Origin: Longimicrobiales bacterium
GTDB taxonomy: Bacteria > Gemmatimonadota > Gemmatimonadetes > Longimicrobiales > Gaopeijiaceae
DNA length: 64,000 nucleotides
Direction: 5' to 3'
NCBI GenBank assembly: GCA_965226375.1
Contig: CBDDCX010000006.1
Span: 192,001-256,000, forward strand
This document shows positions 41,020 to 51,298 of the stretch, one piece after another. The notes beneath the pieces were generated by a model. That model saw nothing but the letters and a program-made list of their open reading frames with translations. It searched no databases and was not told the origin of the DNA. Each line of letters begins with the position of its first letter. Positions within the stretch are counted from its first letter, which is position 1. The position numbers were made by a program, and so were the translations under genes.

Positions 41020-41167
41020 GTTTAACACTGGGCCCCCGGCTCGGGGCGCTGTAGGCGGCCCTCGACCCAACCGGCCCAAACGAGCGGGCTTCCCTCAGCG
41101 CATGTGGCTGCGGTTGCGGAGCACTACGTTCGTCAGGGCCGCTCCGCTCGATCCGAGGGTGTTACCG
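41020..41167 (+). repeat. attC-like site D (left arm intact, right arm degenerate)
   Basis: TAACACTGGGCCCCCGGCTCGGG...CCCTCGACCCAACCGGCCC (to 41077); only GGGCCG remnant and GTTA at 41161. Confidence 0.7.
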
Positions 41168-41279
41168 GGAGTTGCCCGGTCTCCACCTGCCCCAGTATTG
41201 TCCTGCCGTGGATCCGCCCACAGGCCGCGCGCCTGTCGGATCCCTGAAAGCGGATCGCCACTCGAGAAGGAAGACGGTC

Positions 41280-43382
41280 ATGGGGAACGACGCTCGCCTC
41301 CAGCCTTGCCGCCGGTCTTGTCACCGGCCTTGTAGGCTCTCTTTCGTCCTCCTGACGCTGACGGCGTTGGGGTTCTTGTTCTCACCGACATCCGCGCAGG
41401 CTCAAGGCTCCGGCGTCGAGGACGGACAATGGACCTACCTCGGCGGGGACGCGGGGCATACACGCTACCAGCCCTCGGACCAGATCAACGCTTCGAACTT
41501 CGAGGACCTGGAAGTGGCGTGGCAGTGGGACGCCTCGAGCTTCGGCCCCAGCACGTCCCGCGCGACTCCGACCTACGTGGACGGCAAGCTCATCACCGTC
41601 ACAGGAGACCGGCGGCACGTGGTCGCGCTCGATCCGGCGACCGGTGAGTTGCTGTGGAGCTACTCCGAGCCGAAGACGGCGCGCTTCGAGTATTCCATGC
41701 GAAAGGGCTACGGGAAGGGCATCACGTTCGCCGAGGTCGACGGGCGAGGCGTCGTCTTCATTACGAGTCCCGCCTTCTTCCTGCACGCAATCGACGCCGA
41801 GACAGGATTGCCGCTCGAGAACTGGGGCTCGCCGGTCCCGATCGACGGGTTCCCCGCGACGGGCGTGGTGGACCTGATTCCGCCGCTGGTCGAGGACTGG
41901 GGCCCGTGGTTCCAGAACAACCAGCCCTACGATCCCGACCAGGGGATTCCTCTGGAGCTGGGCTACATCACGTCGTCGTCGCCGCCCATCGTCGTGGATG
42001 ACGTGATCGTGGTGGGTAACTCTGCGGAGCAGGGCTACAACCAGACCCGTGTCGAGATGGTTCCGGGCGACATCCTCGCTTTCGACGCCCGGACCGGGAA
42101 CATGAAGTGGAAGTTCCACATCATCCCGAAGCCGGGTGAGTTCGGTCATGAGACCTGGGAGAACGACGCCTGGACGTATACCGGAGACGTCTCTTCGTGG
42201 GCCCCCATCTCGGCCGATCCCGAGCTCGGACTCGTCTACATCCCGACCAACGGTGCGACGATCGACTACTACGGCGGTTTCCACCCGGGTGACAACCTGT
42301 TCAGCACGAGCCTCATCGCCCTGAACGCTCAGACCGGCGAGCGCGTGTGGCACCAGCAGCTCGTGCGCCACGACATCTGGAACTACGACACGCCCACGGC
42401 GCCCGTCCTCATGGACGTGACGGTGGATGGCGAGACGATCCCGGGAATCTTCCAGATTACCAAGCAGTCGTTCGTGTACTCCTTCAACCGCGAGACGGGC
42501 GAGCCCATCTGGCCCATGGAGGACACGCCGGTGCCGCAGTCGAACGTGCCGGGTGAGCAGCTCGCGGCCACGCAGCCGTTCCCGACCAAACCCGCGCCCT
42601 TCGACCTCCAGGGGCGTACCGAGAAGCACCTGATCGACTACTCACCCGAGGTCAAGCAGAGTGTCCTCGAGTACGCACGCGAGAACGACTTCTTCACGCC
42701 GTTCTTCGCTCCCCCGACCCATCGGGGGAACCCGCAGGGTGTCGGCCCCGCGCTCGTGTGTCCAGGCGGGGGTGGCGGCGCGAACATCTACAGCCCGGCC
42801 GTGGCGGATCCCCGGGAGGGTATCCTCTTCGTCGCGTCGAGTAGCGGGTGCTCCGAAGCGGGGTTGGTGCCCGGTCTCGGAAACTCGATGGACGGCCCCC
42901 ATCAGACCGGAAAGACGCATTCCGATTTTGCGCGCGCCATGGAGTGGCGAGGCGGGCCTCGCGCCGACCTGGCCAAGCTCGACGGCCTCTCGATCTGGAA
43001 GGGGCCTGTGGGGCGGATCTCGGCCATCGACATGAACACGGGTGAATACCTGTGGGTGATCCCCAACGGAGACGCGTCGGAGTCGGAGCAGGAGACGATC
43101 AGGAATCATCCGCTGCTTCAGGGCGTCGAGGGCGTGCCGACCAACCCGGGCCGCCGGGGGCACGCCGTCATGGTGGCCACGCCCACCTTGCTCATCGCGT
43201 CGGGAACGAGCAGCGACGGGACGCCCCAGCTCTATGCGATCGACAAGCATACGGGCGAACGGCTCGGAGCGGTCGAGATCCCGGGCCCGACCCGCTACGG
43301 CATGTCGAGCTGGGTGCACGAGGGCAAACAGTACGTGATGGTCCAGCTCTCGGATGGGCTGGCCGCGATGGCGTTGCCATAG
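41280..43382 (+). CDS. PQQ-binding beta-propeller dehydrogenase (glucose/quinate-like)
   Basis: W..LGGD...TRY, SPPIV, DPELGLVYIPT, WHQQLVRHDIWNYD, TQPFPTKP, GKQYV. Confidence 0.88.
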   Translation: MGNDARLQPCRRSCHRPCRLSFVLLTLTALGFLFSPTSAQAQGSGVEDGQWTYLGGDAGHTRYQPSDQINASNFEDLEVAWQWDASSFGPSTSRATPTYVDGKLITVTGDRRHVVALDPATGELLWSYSEPKTARFEYSMRKGYGKGITFAEVDGRGVVFITSPAFFLHAIDAETGLPLENWGSPVPIDGFPATGVVDLIPPLVEDWGPWFQNNQPYDPDQGIPLELGYITSSSPPIVVDDVIVVGNSAEQGYNQTRVEMVPGDILAFDARTGNMKWKFHIIPKPGEFGHETWENDAWTYTGDVSSWAPISADPELGLVYIPTNGATIDYYGGFHPGDNLFSTSLIALNAQTGERVWHQQLVRHDIWNYDTPTAPVLMDVTVDGETIPGIFQITKQSFVYSFNRETGEPIWPMEDTPVPQSNVPGEQLAATQPFPTKPAPFDLQGRTEKHLIDYSPEVKQSVLEYARENDFFTPFFAPPTHRGNPQGVGPALVCPGGGGGANIYSPAVADPREGILFVASSSGCSEAGLVPGLGNSMDGPHQTGKTHSDFARAMEWRGGPRADLAKLDGLSIWKGPVGRISAIDMNTGEYLWVIPNGDASESEQETIRNHPLLQGVEGVPTNPGRRGHAVMVATPTLLIASGTSSDGTPQLYAIDKHTGERLGAVEIPGPTRYGMSSWVHEGKQYVMVQLSDGLAAMALP

Positions 43383-43469
43383 GGGCCGTCGCAGGACCGC
43401 TCCCCTAAGGGAGCACTAGGTAGGGATTTCCAGGTAGCGCGGGCCTCCTTCGGGGGGCCCGCTTTGCGA

Positions 43470-43712
43470 TCAGGCGTTGGGCACGCAGGCGCAGCCGGAG
43501 CCACACCTCTGCATGGCTTGGCTCCCACCCGAACGCGCGAGCGGTACCGGCGCGCTCATGATCCTCTCGACGGGGGAGTCGGCGGGTGTGCTACCCGGAT
43601 CGTGTCCAGCGAGTTGAGAGACTTCACCCCACGTCTCCAAACGCTCGTTCATCCCATGGCGAACCTCGACTGTGTGCCCGTTCGAGGTGCAGTGGTATTC
43701 GTAGTGTGGCAT
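43470..43712 (-). CDS. FmdB-like zinc-ribbon protein
   Basis: MPHYEYHC...VEVRHGM...VERIMS, C-terminal CGSGCAC. Confidence 0.75.
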   Translation of the reverse strand: MPHYEYHCTSNGHTVEVRHGMNERLETWGEVSQLAGHDPGSTPADSPVERIMSAPVPLARSGGSQAMQRCGSGCACVPNA

Positions 43713-43851
43713 GCGGTACTCCCTTGCTGGCTTGCCATCAATTGTAAGCAAGCTCCAATGCCTCGAACATGCCTACGGCCTCCCCAACCTCGAGGATCCG
43801 ATCCCGTCGGAGCTCTCCCGCCCGGCTTGGAGGGATCGACGAGTTATGGGG

Positions 43852-46800
43852 TCAAGCCGCCTTCCCCGCCGCCGCCCCTCCATACCGCAGGAACAACACG
43901 GGCACCACCACCATGTTCAGGGCCAAGGACGTGAGGATGCCACCCAGCACCACGACCGCCATCGGACTCTGGATCTCGTTGCCCGGCTCTCCCCCGGACA
44001 AGGCCAGGGGTAGTAGGGCGAGTCCTGCGGTGAGCGCCGTCATCATGATCGGGCTCAGCCGCTCCATCGAGCCCTGGATCACCGCTCCGCGAAGTTGCGC
44101 GCCCTGCTCCAGTAGGTGGTTGTAGTGGCTCACCATGAGAATCCCGTTCCGGATGGCGATTCCGAAGAGTGTGATGAAGCCCACCAGCGTCGCGACGTTG
44201 AGCACGCCGTCCGTAATCCACACGGCGAGCACGCCGCCCACCAGGGCCAGCGGCAGATTCACCATGACGAGGAGAACCTGCCGTAGGGATCCGAACTCGA
44301 CGAAGAGAAGCAGGAAGATGGCCACCAGGGACAGCAGGCTCATGAGCCCGATGGTCTGGGTGGCCTCACCCGCGGCCTCGAACTGACCTCCGTACTCGAT
44401 GTAGTAACCCGACGGCAGGTCGACCTCGGCCCGCACTCGCTCCCGAATGTCCTCCACGACGCTGCCCACATCCCGGCCGGCCACATTGGACTGGACCACG
44501 ATCTTGCGTTGAACGTCCTCGCGGGAGATGGAGTTGGGACCCAGGTCGAAGCGGACGTCGGCCAGCGTCCTCAATGTGACGAACGATCCGACTGGGGTGC
44601 TGACCCGCGCATCGCGGACGGCCTCGAGGCTCCCCCTGTACTCCGGCGCGAAGCGGACCACGAGGTCGAACGCCCGTCTCTCCTCGAGGATCTGAGAGAC
44701 CGCCTCTCCGGCGAACGCGACGTCGATGGCTTCAGCCAGGTGTGCGGGTGTTACGCCGAAGCGCGCCATGGAAGGCCGGTTCATGTCCACGCGGATTTGG
44801 GGGACGTCCGCCTGTTGTTCCATGGCGACATCCACCGTGCCTTCGACTTCACCAGCGAGTGCCTCCACCTCCTTGGCCAGTCGTCTCAGCTCGTAGAGGT
44901 CGGGTCCGAAGATCTTCACTGCGATGCTCGCCCGCGTTCCCGACAGCATGTGGTCGATCCGGTGGCCGATGGGCTGACCGATCGTGATCTGGGTGCCCGG
45001 CACGGCGGCCAGATCTGCGCGGATCTCCTCCAGGATCACGTCGTAGTCGTAGTCGGCCAGGTCGAGGCGCGCGTCGATCTCGGCGGCGTTGACCCCCTGT
45101 GCGTGTTCGTCCAGCTCGGCTCGGCCGGTGCGGCGAGCCGTCTCCACGACGGCGGGGTGAGCGAGCAGAATCTGCTCGATCCTCTGACCCAGGGCGTCGG
45201 ACTCGTCGAGTGACGTTCCGGGAATGGTCAGCGCGCTGATCACCAGTGAGCCTTCCTGGAATTCCGGCAGAAAGGAGCGGCCCAGGAACGGGAGCACCGC
45301 CAACGATCCGATCGCAAGCGCTGCGGCTGAGGTCATGACCAGCCCTGGATGCTGGAGAACGCGCTCCAACGTCGCCGCGTAAGCCCGCTTGAGTCTTCTG
45401 ACGATCCAGGTCTCCTCGTCCTTCTCAACGGCCTTCGATCGAGACAGGAGATAGGCGGACAGAGCCGGTGTGACGGTGAGCGCCACGACCAGAGACGCGA
45501 GGATCGAGACGATGTAGGCCAATCCGAGGGGGCGAAGCATGCGGCCCTCGATGCCCGAGAGGAAGAGGATCGGTACGAACACCACGATGATGATGAGCGT
45601 GGCGATGACGATGCTGGTCAGGATCTCCTTGGACGCGTCGAAGACCACCGTGTTGACCGGTCGTCGTTCCTCCGGGGGCACCTGACCATTCTGTCTCAGG
45701 CGCCTGAACACGTTCTCGACCACAATCACGGCATCGTCTACGAGTGCCCCGATCGCGATGGCCATGCCGCCCAAGGTCATCGTGTTGATCGTGATGTCCA
45801 TCATCTTCAGCACGAACACCGCGGTGATCAGCGAGAGCGGGATGGCCACCACCGAGATGAAGGTCGTGCGGACGCTCCAGAGGAACAGGAACAGGATGAG
45901 GATGACGAGGAGGGCTCCGTCGCGCAGCGCCGACATGACGTTGTCCACGGCCGTGGATATGAAGTCGGCTTGGCGGAAGATGCCGCGGTTGATCTCCATC
46001 CCGGCCGGGAGACTCGCCTCGATGTCGGCCAGCTCCTGGTCGATCCGTTCTGTGAGTTCCAGGGTGTTCGTGTTCGGTTGTTTCTGCACCGTGAGGATGA
46101 CGGCACGGTTGGCGTTGGCCGATCCGTCACCGAGACGGGTGGCGGCCCCAATGGTGACTCGGGCTACGTCACCGATGGTGACGGGTGTGCCCTCTCGCAC
46201 GGCCAACACGGTCTGCGCGATGTCGTCGAGGTCCTGAACACGTCCGGTCGCACGGATCAGGTACTCCTGTCCCCGGTCCATGAACACTCCACCGGACGCG
46301 TTCACGTTGGACCCTTCGGCCGCCCGCAACACGTCTTCGAGTGTGACGTCGAAGGCCTCCAGCCGAAGAGGGTCTACCAGGATCTGGTACTGCTTGACCT
46401 CGCCCCCGAGGGGCACGACCTGGGCGACTCCGGGCACCGCCAAGAGCCGGCGGCGAATCGTCCAGTCCGCCACGGAACGCATGTCCATGGGGGACACGGA
46501 GGCGTCCCCCGTCACCGCGATGAGCATGATCTCGCCCATGATGGACGAGATCGGGGCCAATGTGGGGGTCCCCACCCCGCCGGGGAGGCCCGCCGATACC
46601 AGCTGAAGCTTCTCGTTCACGATCTGGCGGGCCCGGAAGATGTCGGTGCCCCAATCGAACTCCACCCAGACGATGCTGATCCCTTGTGAAGTGGCGGAGC
46701 GGACCCGGCGCACGCCGGTAGCGCCGTTCACCGCCGTCTCGACCGGGAAGGTGACGAGCGTCTCCACCTCTTCGGGTGCCATGCCGTGGGCTTCCGTGAG

Positions 46801-46953
46801 GATCGTCACGGTGGGGGCCGTCAGATCCGGAAAGACGTCCACGGGCATGCGGACAGCGGTAATCGTTCCGGCCACCAGAAGAAGGCCGGCGGCGACCATC
46901 ACCAAGAGGGGATTGTCGATGGACCAGCGAATCAGACGGTCTAACATCGTCAT
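43852..46953 (-). CDS. CusA/CzcA-family heavy-metal RND permease
   Basis: DVFPD, PEEVETLVTFPVE, TLGGMAIAIGALVDDAVI, ERLSPIMMTA. Confidence 0.95.
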   Translation of the reverse strand: MTMLDRLIRWSIDNPLLVMVAAGLLLVAGTITAVRMPVDVFPDLTAPTVTILTEAHGMAPEEVETLVTFPVETAVNGATGVRRVRSATSQGISIVWVEFDWGTDIFRARQIVNEKLQLVSAGLPGGVGTPTLAPISSIMGEIMLIAVTGDASVSPMDMRSVADWTIRRRLLAVPGVAQVVPLGGEVKQYQILVDPLRLEAFDVTLEDVLRAAEGSNVNASGGVFMDRGQEYLIRATGRVQDLDDIAQTVLAVREGTPVTIGDVARVTIGAATRLGDGSANANRAVILTVQKQPNTNTLELTERIDQELADIEASLPAGMEINRGIFRQADFISTAVDNVMSALRDGALLVILILFLFLWSVRTTFISVVAIPLSLITAVFVLKMMDITINTMTLGGMAIAIGALVDDAVIVVENVFRRLRQNGQVPPEERRPVNTVVFDASKEILTSIVIATLIIIVVFVPILFLSGIEGRMLRPLGLAYIVSILASLVVALTVTPALSAYLLSRSKAVEKDEETWIVRRLKRAYAATLERVLQHPGLVMTSAAALAIGSLAVLPFLGRSFLPEFQEGSLVISALTIPGTSLDESDALGQRIEQILLAHPAVVETARRTGRAELDEHAQGVNAAEIDARLDLADYDYDVILEEIRADLAAVPGTQITIGQPIGHRIDHMLSGTRASIAVKIFGPDLYELRRLAKEVEALAGEVEGTVDVAMEQQADVPQIRVDMNRPSMARFGVTPAHLAEAIDVAFAGEAVSQILEERRAFDLVVRFAPEYRGSLEAVRDARVSTPVGSFVTLRTLADVRFDLGPNSISREDVQRKIVVQSNVAGRDVGSVVEDIRERVRAEVDLPSGYYIEYGGQFEAAGEATQTIGLMSLLSLVAIFLLLFVEFGSLRQVLLVMVNLPLALVGGVLAVWITDGVLNVATLVGFITLFGIAIRNGILMVSHYNHLLEQGAQLRGAVIQGSMERLSPIMMTALTAGLALLPLALSGGEPGNEIQSPMAVVVLGGILTSLALNMVVVPVLFLRYGGAAAGKAA

Positions 46954-46957
46954 CCCC

Positions 46958-48493
46958 TCAGTGTGTGTGGCCGCCGGCGAAGTCGCCGCCGGACAGTGAG
47001 GCGAGTCGCACCTGATAGGCGCCTACGGTCACAGCCATCTCCCCCAGGCTGAGCCCTGCCAGCACCTGGGTTCGGGTGCCGTCGCGTGCCCCCAGCGTGA
47101 GGATTCGGCGTACGAAGGTCTCACCGCCGGTCTGCACGTAGGCCACCGGAGTCCCGTTGTCATCCAGGATGGACTCGTTGGGCATGGCGATGCCCCGCAC
47201 CACCCCGCCGATGGGCACAGTCGCTCGGGCCAACTGGCCGTACGTGAACCGTTCGCCGGCCTCTTTCACCTCGAACACGACGGGTACGGTCCGCGTCTGA
47301 GGGTTCATGACGTTCCCCGCCGACAGAAGTCGGGATGTGTGGAAGACATCGTCCGAGTCCTCCGTGGTGAACGTGGCCGGTGCGGCGTCGTCGGCCTGCG
47401 CTGCCGTCGCGGCAGACATCTGGACCCGGAGCCACGCCGTCCGGGGATCCACGATGGTGAAGAGCGGCTCGCCCGCGTCCACTCGTCCGCCGGGCAGGAA
47501 GCTGCGCCTGGCGATCACCCCCGAGATGGGAGCCCGCAGACTCAGCCGGTAGGCGCCGTCGGTCGCCCCGCCCATCGCATCCAGTTCGGCACGTGCGATC
47601 TCCAGGTCGTGACGGGCCTCTTCGAGGCGCTTGCCGGCGATGGCCCCGGCGGCAAAGAGCCGCTCGCTCCGCTCCACCTCTCGTTGGAGTCGCTCCACCT
47701 GCCCGCGAGACTGCGCGAACCCGCCGCCCTGAGCGGTGGGAGCGAGGATGACGAGGATCTGACCCTCCCGGATCCGCTCTCCTACCGATGGGGCGTCGCG
47801 GTTCTCATCTGCGGGTGCGATCCCGTCCACCAGCGCGCTCACTTCGACCAGCGCACCATCGGGCGGCACGACCTCGGCGGGACTCGTGACGGTCCGCTGC
47901 ACATCGTGCTCCGCCACCGCGTGGACTTCGAAGGGGATCACCCACTGCTGTTCCTTCAAGAAGCCGATCCCGCCTTCATCTTCAGCCGCCTCCACGCCCA
48001 GAGCCTCCTCGAGGCTCGCGTGAACCCGCACCTGGGTGAGAACATGCCGGCTGTTCACCTGGGGGCTCGTGAGGGCCAGCTCCACACGGTAGACGCCGGG
48101 CTGGCGCAGCACCGGATCCAAGAGGAAGATCCCGTCCCGAGCCGGAGCATCGACCTGGAACGTCTGGGCCCCGCCCTGGTCACTGATGAAGTCGACCGTC
48201 AGGGTTCCCGAGCGAATGGGCTTGAAGTCCTCCATGTCGGTCAGGTGGATGGCCCAGTTACCGGTCCGCTCCCCTGCGACCACGAGGGGATACTCCAGGA
48301 ACAGCTCAGTGGAGTCGTTCCACTGAGTGACCACGACCGCGCCGATCTCCGGTTCCAGCGCGGCCTCCGTGTTGGTGCAGGCGCTGGCCGCTAGAACCGC
48401 CGCGCTCGCCCCGGCGATCGTCATCATGGACCGGGCACCAACTCTCGCGGCGATCATCGCCGTGAACCGGGAAACAACTCTCCTGGCGATCAT
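46958..48493 (-). CDS. RND efflux periplasmic adaptor (CusB/CzcB-like)
   Basis: Lipobox ASAC, LRAPISG, TRTV, C-terminal GHTH; ATGA overlap with TolC gene. Confidence 0.9.
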   Translation of the reverse strand: MIARRVVSRFTAMIAARVGARSMMTIAGASAAVLAASACTNTEAALEPEIGAVVVTQWNDSTELFLEYPLVVAGERTGNWAIHLTDMEDFKPIRSGTLTVDFISDQGGAQTFQVDAPARDGIFLLDPVLRQPGVYRVELALTSPQVNSRHVLTQVRVHASLEEALGVEAAEDEGGIGFLKEQQWVIPFEVHAVAEHDVQRTVTSPAEVVPPDGALVEVSALVDGIAPADENRDAPSVGERIREGQILVILAPTAQGGGFAQSRGQVERLQREVERSERLFAAGAIAGKRLEEARHDLEIARAELDAMGGATDGAYRLSLRAPISGVIARRSFLPGGRVDAGEPLFTIVDPRTAWLRVQMSAATAAQADDAAPATFTTEDSDDVFHTSRLLSAGNVMNPQTRTVPVVFEVKEAGERFTYGQLARATVPIGGVVRGIAMPNESILDDNGTPVAYVQTGGETFVRRILTLGARDGTRTQVLAGLSLGEMAVTVGAYQVRLASLSGGDFAGGHTH

Positions 48494-49815
48494 CGTCCGT
48501 TCTCCGTCGAAGTCGTCTCTCGTGCGGGGGGCGTCTCGAAGCCACCCACCGCCCGTGCGAGGTCATAGTAGGCGGTCCACAGGTCCGCCTTGAGTCGTGC
48601 CTCGGCGGCTTTAGCGTCCCAGAGGGCCTCGGCGGCGTCCAGCAGTTGCACCAGATCCATCTCCCCGGCGTCGTATGCCACCTGGGCGATCTGTAGGAGG
48701 TCCGGGTACTCGTCCAACCCGCTCTCACCGAGGAGTTCGTTGAGGCCGCGGAGGCTTCGGTAGGACTCGATCGCTCCTCGCAGATCGTTCTCGATCTGGC
48801 GTGAGGTCAGTGCGAGACGCTCCTCGGCGGAGCGGACCTGCGCCTCTGTGGCCTCTACGGCCCCAGCGCTCCGATCGAACAGGGGAAGAGGGAGGGACAG
48901 ACCCAGATAAAGGCCGCGAAAGCCGTCGGACTGCCGCTTGGAGCCGCCTATGGCGGTGATGTCGGGAATCCGTTCCGCTCGAGCGAGACGGACCCCCGCC
49001 CGAGCCGCCTCCACCTCTGCGCGCGCCGCCGCGATCTCCTGTCGCCTGGCGACCGCACCGTCGAGCAGCAAGTCCAGGGCCGGCTCGGAGGGTGAATCAC
49101 CGAGTGGGTCCGCTGGGGCCGCCTCTGCGGACTCTGCCTCGGGGAGAATCAAGATGGCCAAGGCTCGTCGGGTGGCCGACACGGCCAATCGAGCCTCGGC
49201 CAGCAGGCTCACGTACCGTGTGCGCTCCACGACCAGGCGCCGGAGGTCGAAGAGGGAGATGTCTCCTTCCGCCTCTCGCACCACGGCCCGTTGGGCACCC
49301 TGCCGGAAGACCTCGGTGACTCGCTCGGTCACGGCGAGGCGCGTCTCCGCCGTGGCCGCTTCTACGAAGGCGTGTTTCACGGCGAAGCCGAGGCGTGCAC
49401 TGTCGGCTCGCAACCGTGCCTCAGTGGCTCCTAGGACCCGATTCGCCACCGCACTTCGGGCGTTGCGCTCACCTGGAAGCTCGAAGCGTTGGCTGAGGTT
49501 CACATAGGTCTCGGAGTAGTCTTGGCCATCCCTGGACAGCGGTTCGTGTGTGACGCTGGCCGTCGGGTTTGGAAAGGCAGTCGCCTGCCGGGCGAGGCCC
49601 GCCGCCTCCGCCCGCCTGCTGCGTGCGAGGCGCAGTTCCAGGTTGTTCGTGGCGAAGAGCTGGAGGGCCTCCTCCATGCTCACGCGCCTCGTGGCTTCCT
49701 GGGCGGCTACCGTGGTGGGCCGGCTACCGAGGGTTGTCACCAGCAGAAGGGCGGCCACCAGCAGTGGGGTCTTGGTTGTATCGTGCACGAGCATGACTCC
49801 GGTATGTGTGCCCAT
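48490..49815 (-). CDS. TolC/CzcC-family outer-membrane efflux protein
   Basis: FPNP, LSLPLPLFDR, AYDAGEMDLVQLLDA. Confidence 0.9.
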   Translation of the reverse strand: MGTHTGVMLVHDTTKTPLLVAALLLVTTLGSRPTTVAAQEATRRVSMEEALQLFATNNLELRLARSRRAEAAGLARQATAFPNPTASVTHEPLSRDGQDYSETYVNLSQRFELPGERNARSAVANRVLGATEARLRADSARLGFAVKHAFVEAATAETRLAVTERVTEVFRQGAQRAVVREAEGDISLFDLRRLVVERTRYVSLLAEARLAVSATRRALAILILPEAESAEAAPADPLGDSPSEPALDLLLDGAVARRQEIAAARAEVEAARAGVRLARAERIPDITAIGGSKRQSDGFRGLYLGLSLPLPLFDRSAGAVEATEAQVRSAEERLALTSRQIENDLRGAIESYRSLRGLNELLGESGLDEYPDLLQIAQVAYDAGEMDLVQLLDAAEALWDAKAAEARLKADLWTAYYDLARAVGGFETPPARETTSTENGR

Positions 49816-49904
49816 TCGGCGCCACCTCGGTGAAGGGGGTGCCGACGCATCGGTTGTCTTGGGGCAATACGGATCGCGTTCCGGGCGCCGGAAGACGCTC
49901 GGAA

Positions 49905-51148
49905 TCAGACGGAGAGGGGGGGGGCTCGTGGGGAGGTGGAAGGAGGAGCGCGCTCGCGAGGAAGGTCGCCCTGTGAGGACGGGTTCACAGGCGCGACGAG
50001 CACTGGATGATTGAAGCTGCTCGTTGTATCCGGGAATGATGTCATCGAACTCGTCGCACCCATGATCTGGAAGACCGTCGTGCTCCCGTCCTCATTCCAG
50101 CTGTTCACGGCCACCACGAGATCCAGCAGCGGGATCGCGAAGACGTGCTGTCCTCCGAAGCCCCAGCCGAACCAGACATCGTTCGGGGTCGGCTGGTGGC
50201 CCGCGAGACCCGTTAAGGGCCGGAGCCACCATTGGAAGCCGTAGTAGTCGGACCCGGAGACCTGGGCCCGCGTGGTGGTGGCCTGCTCTACCAGCCCGCG
50301 GACACGACTTGCTGTCCTCCCCAGCGCCCGCCGTCCAGGTAGAGTTGGCCCAGCTTGGCGAGATTCCGTGATTTGAGGCGCAGGCCTCCCCCGAAATGTG
50401 GCAGGCCGTCAGGGTGGTCGCCGTTGCGAAACCACCGATAGTCCTCGATCTGGAGTGGCCCAAAGAGATAGTCTTCGGCGAAGGCCGTGGGATGTTGCCC
50501 GGTGGCGTCCTGGAGGATGGCAGCCAGTAGGTTCGAGGCGCCCGAATTGTAGACGAAGTGCGTGCCGGGTGTCTCCACCACGGGCTGGGAGAGCACGTAG
50601 CTGACCCAGTCGTCCGAGTTGTTCATCAGGATGTTGCTGTTACAGTCGGACTCGAGGTAGCTGCACGTCCACTCATCCCACTCCAGACCGGCGCGCATGC
50701 TCAAGAGGTCGCGGAGGCGAATCAGGGACTTGTCAGGATCCAGCGCGATCTCTTCGGCGCGGCTGGGTAGCATCTCGGGGAGTGTTGCGTCCAGGTCGAG
50801 GACGCCCTGATCGATCGCGATCCCGATGAGCGTGGCACCGACGCTCTTGGTGACGGACTGGAGCGTGTGCACGGAGTCCTGGTGATGTTCTCGGTAGTAC
50901 TCCTCGAACACCAGCTCGCCGCCCCGGGCGATGAGGAGGGAGTGCACGTGCTTGTACTCACCCTGTTCGATGCGAGCCGACAGGCCGAGGATCTGCGCCG
51001 GATCGATGTCGTGCTCGACCATCGACGCCACGGCCCAGCCATCCCCCAAGACGTCGGGGATCGTCGCGGGGGGGAGCTCGACGTTGGTCGTACCGTCGTC
51101 GCAGGCGAGGGCGGCGAGCAGTAGGATTAGCGCGACGCTACGCATCAT
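49905..51148 (-). pseudogene. Class C beta-lactamase-like serine hydrolase lipoprotein, frameshifted near 50290, with foreign-looking RAPP-ending tail
   Basis: SVTK (SxxK), YNS, GGLRL, LAKLGQLYL; YGFQWW and GFGGQ continue in another frame (TGG[G]TA). Confidence 0.8.
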
Positions 51149-51298
51149 CGGGAGTGGATCTCCGGCAGGGGAATCATCTGTAGATCCTACGACGAAACAG
51201 TCTAGGGCTGTCTGGGGCGGTAGCGCCACGCACGGATTGCGTTTCCATGAAAAGATACTATAATATTGTATTAGAACATATAATACTGTCTAGGCACT

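Noticed and set aside
36048..41167. Conserved repeats as a CRISPR array
   Set aside because: Units are ~155 bp, separated by whole genes of 1.2-2 kb, and no cas genes are present.
45349..46689. Long antisense or alternate-frame ORFs (also 5260-6183, 17123-18241, 26947-28020, 41382-42629)
   Set aside because: Shadow ORFs expected at high GC; they overlap well-supported genes and show no recognisable motifs.
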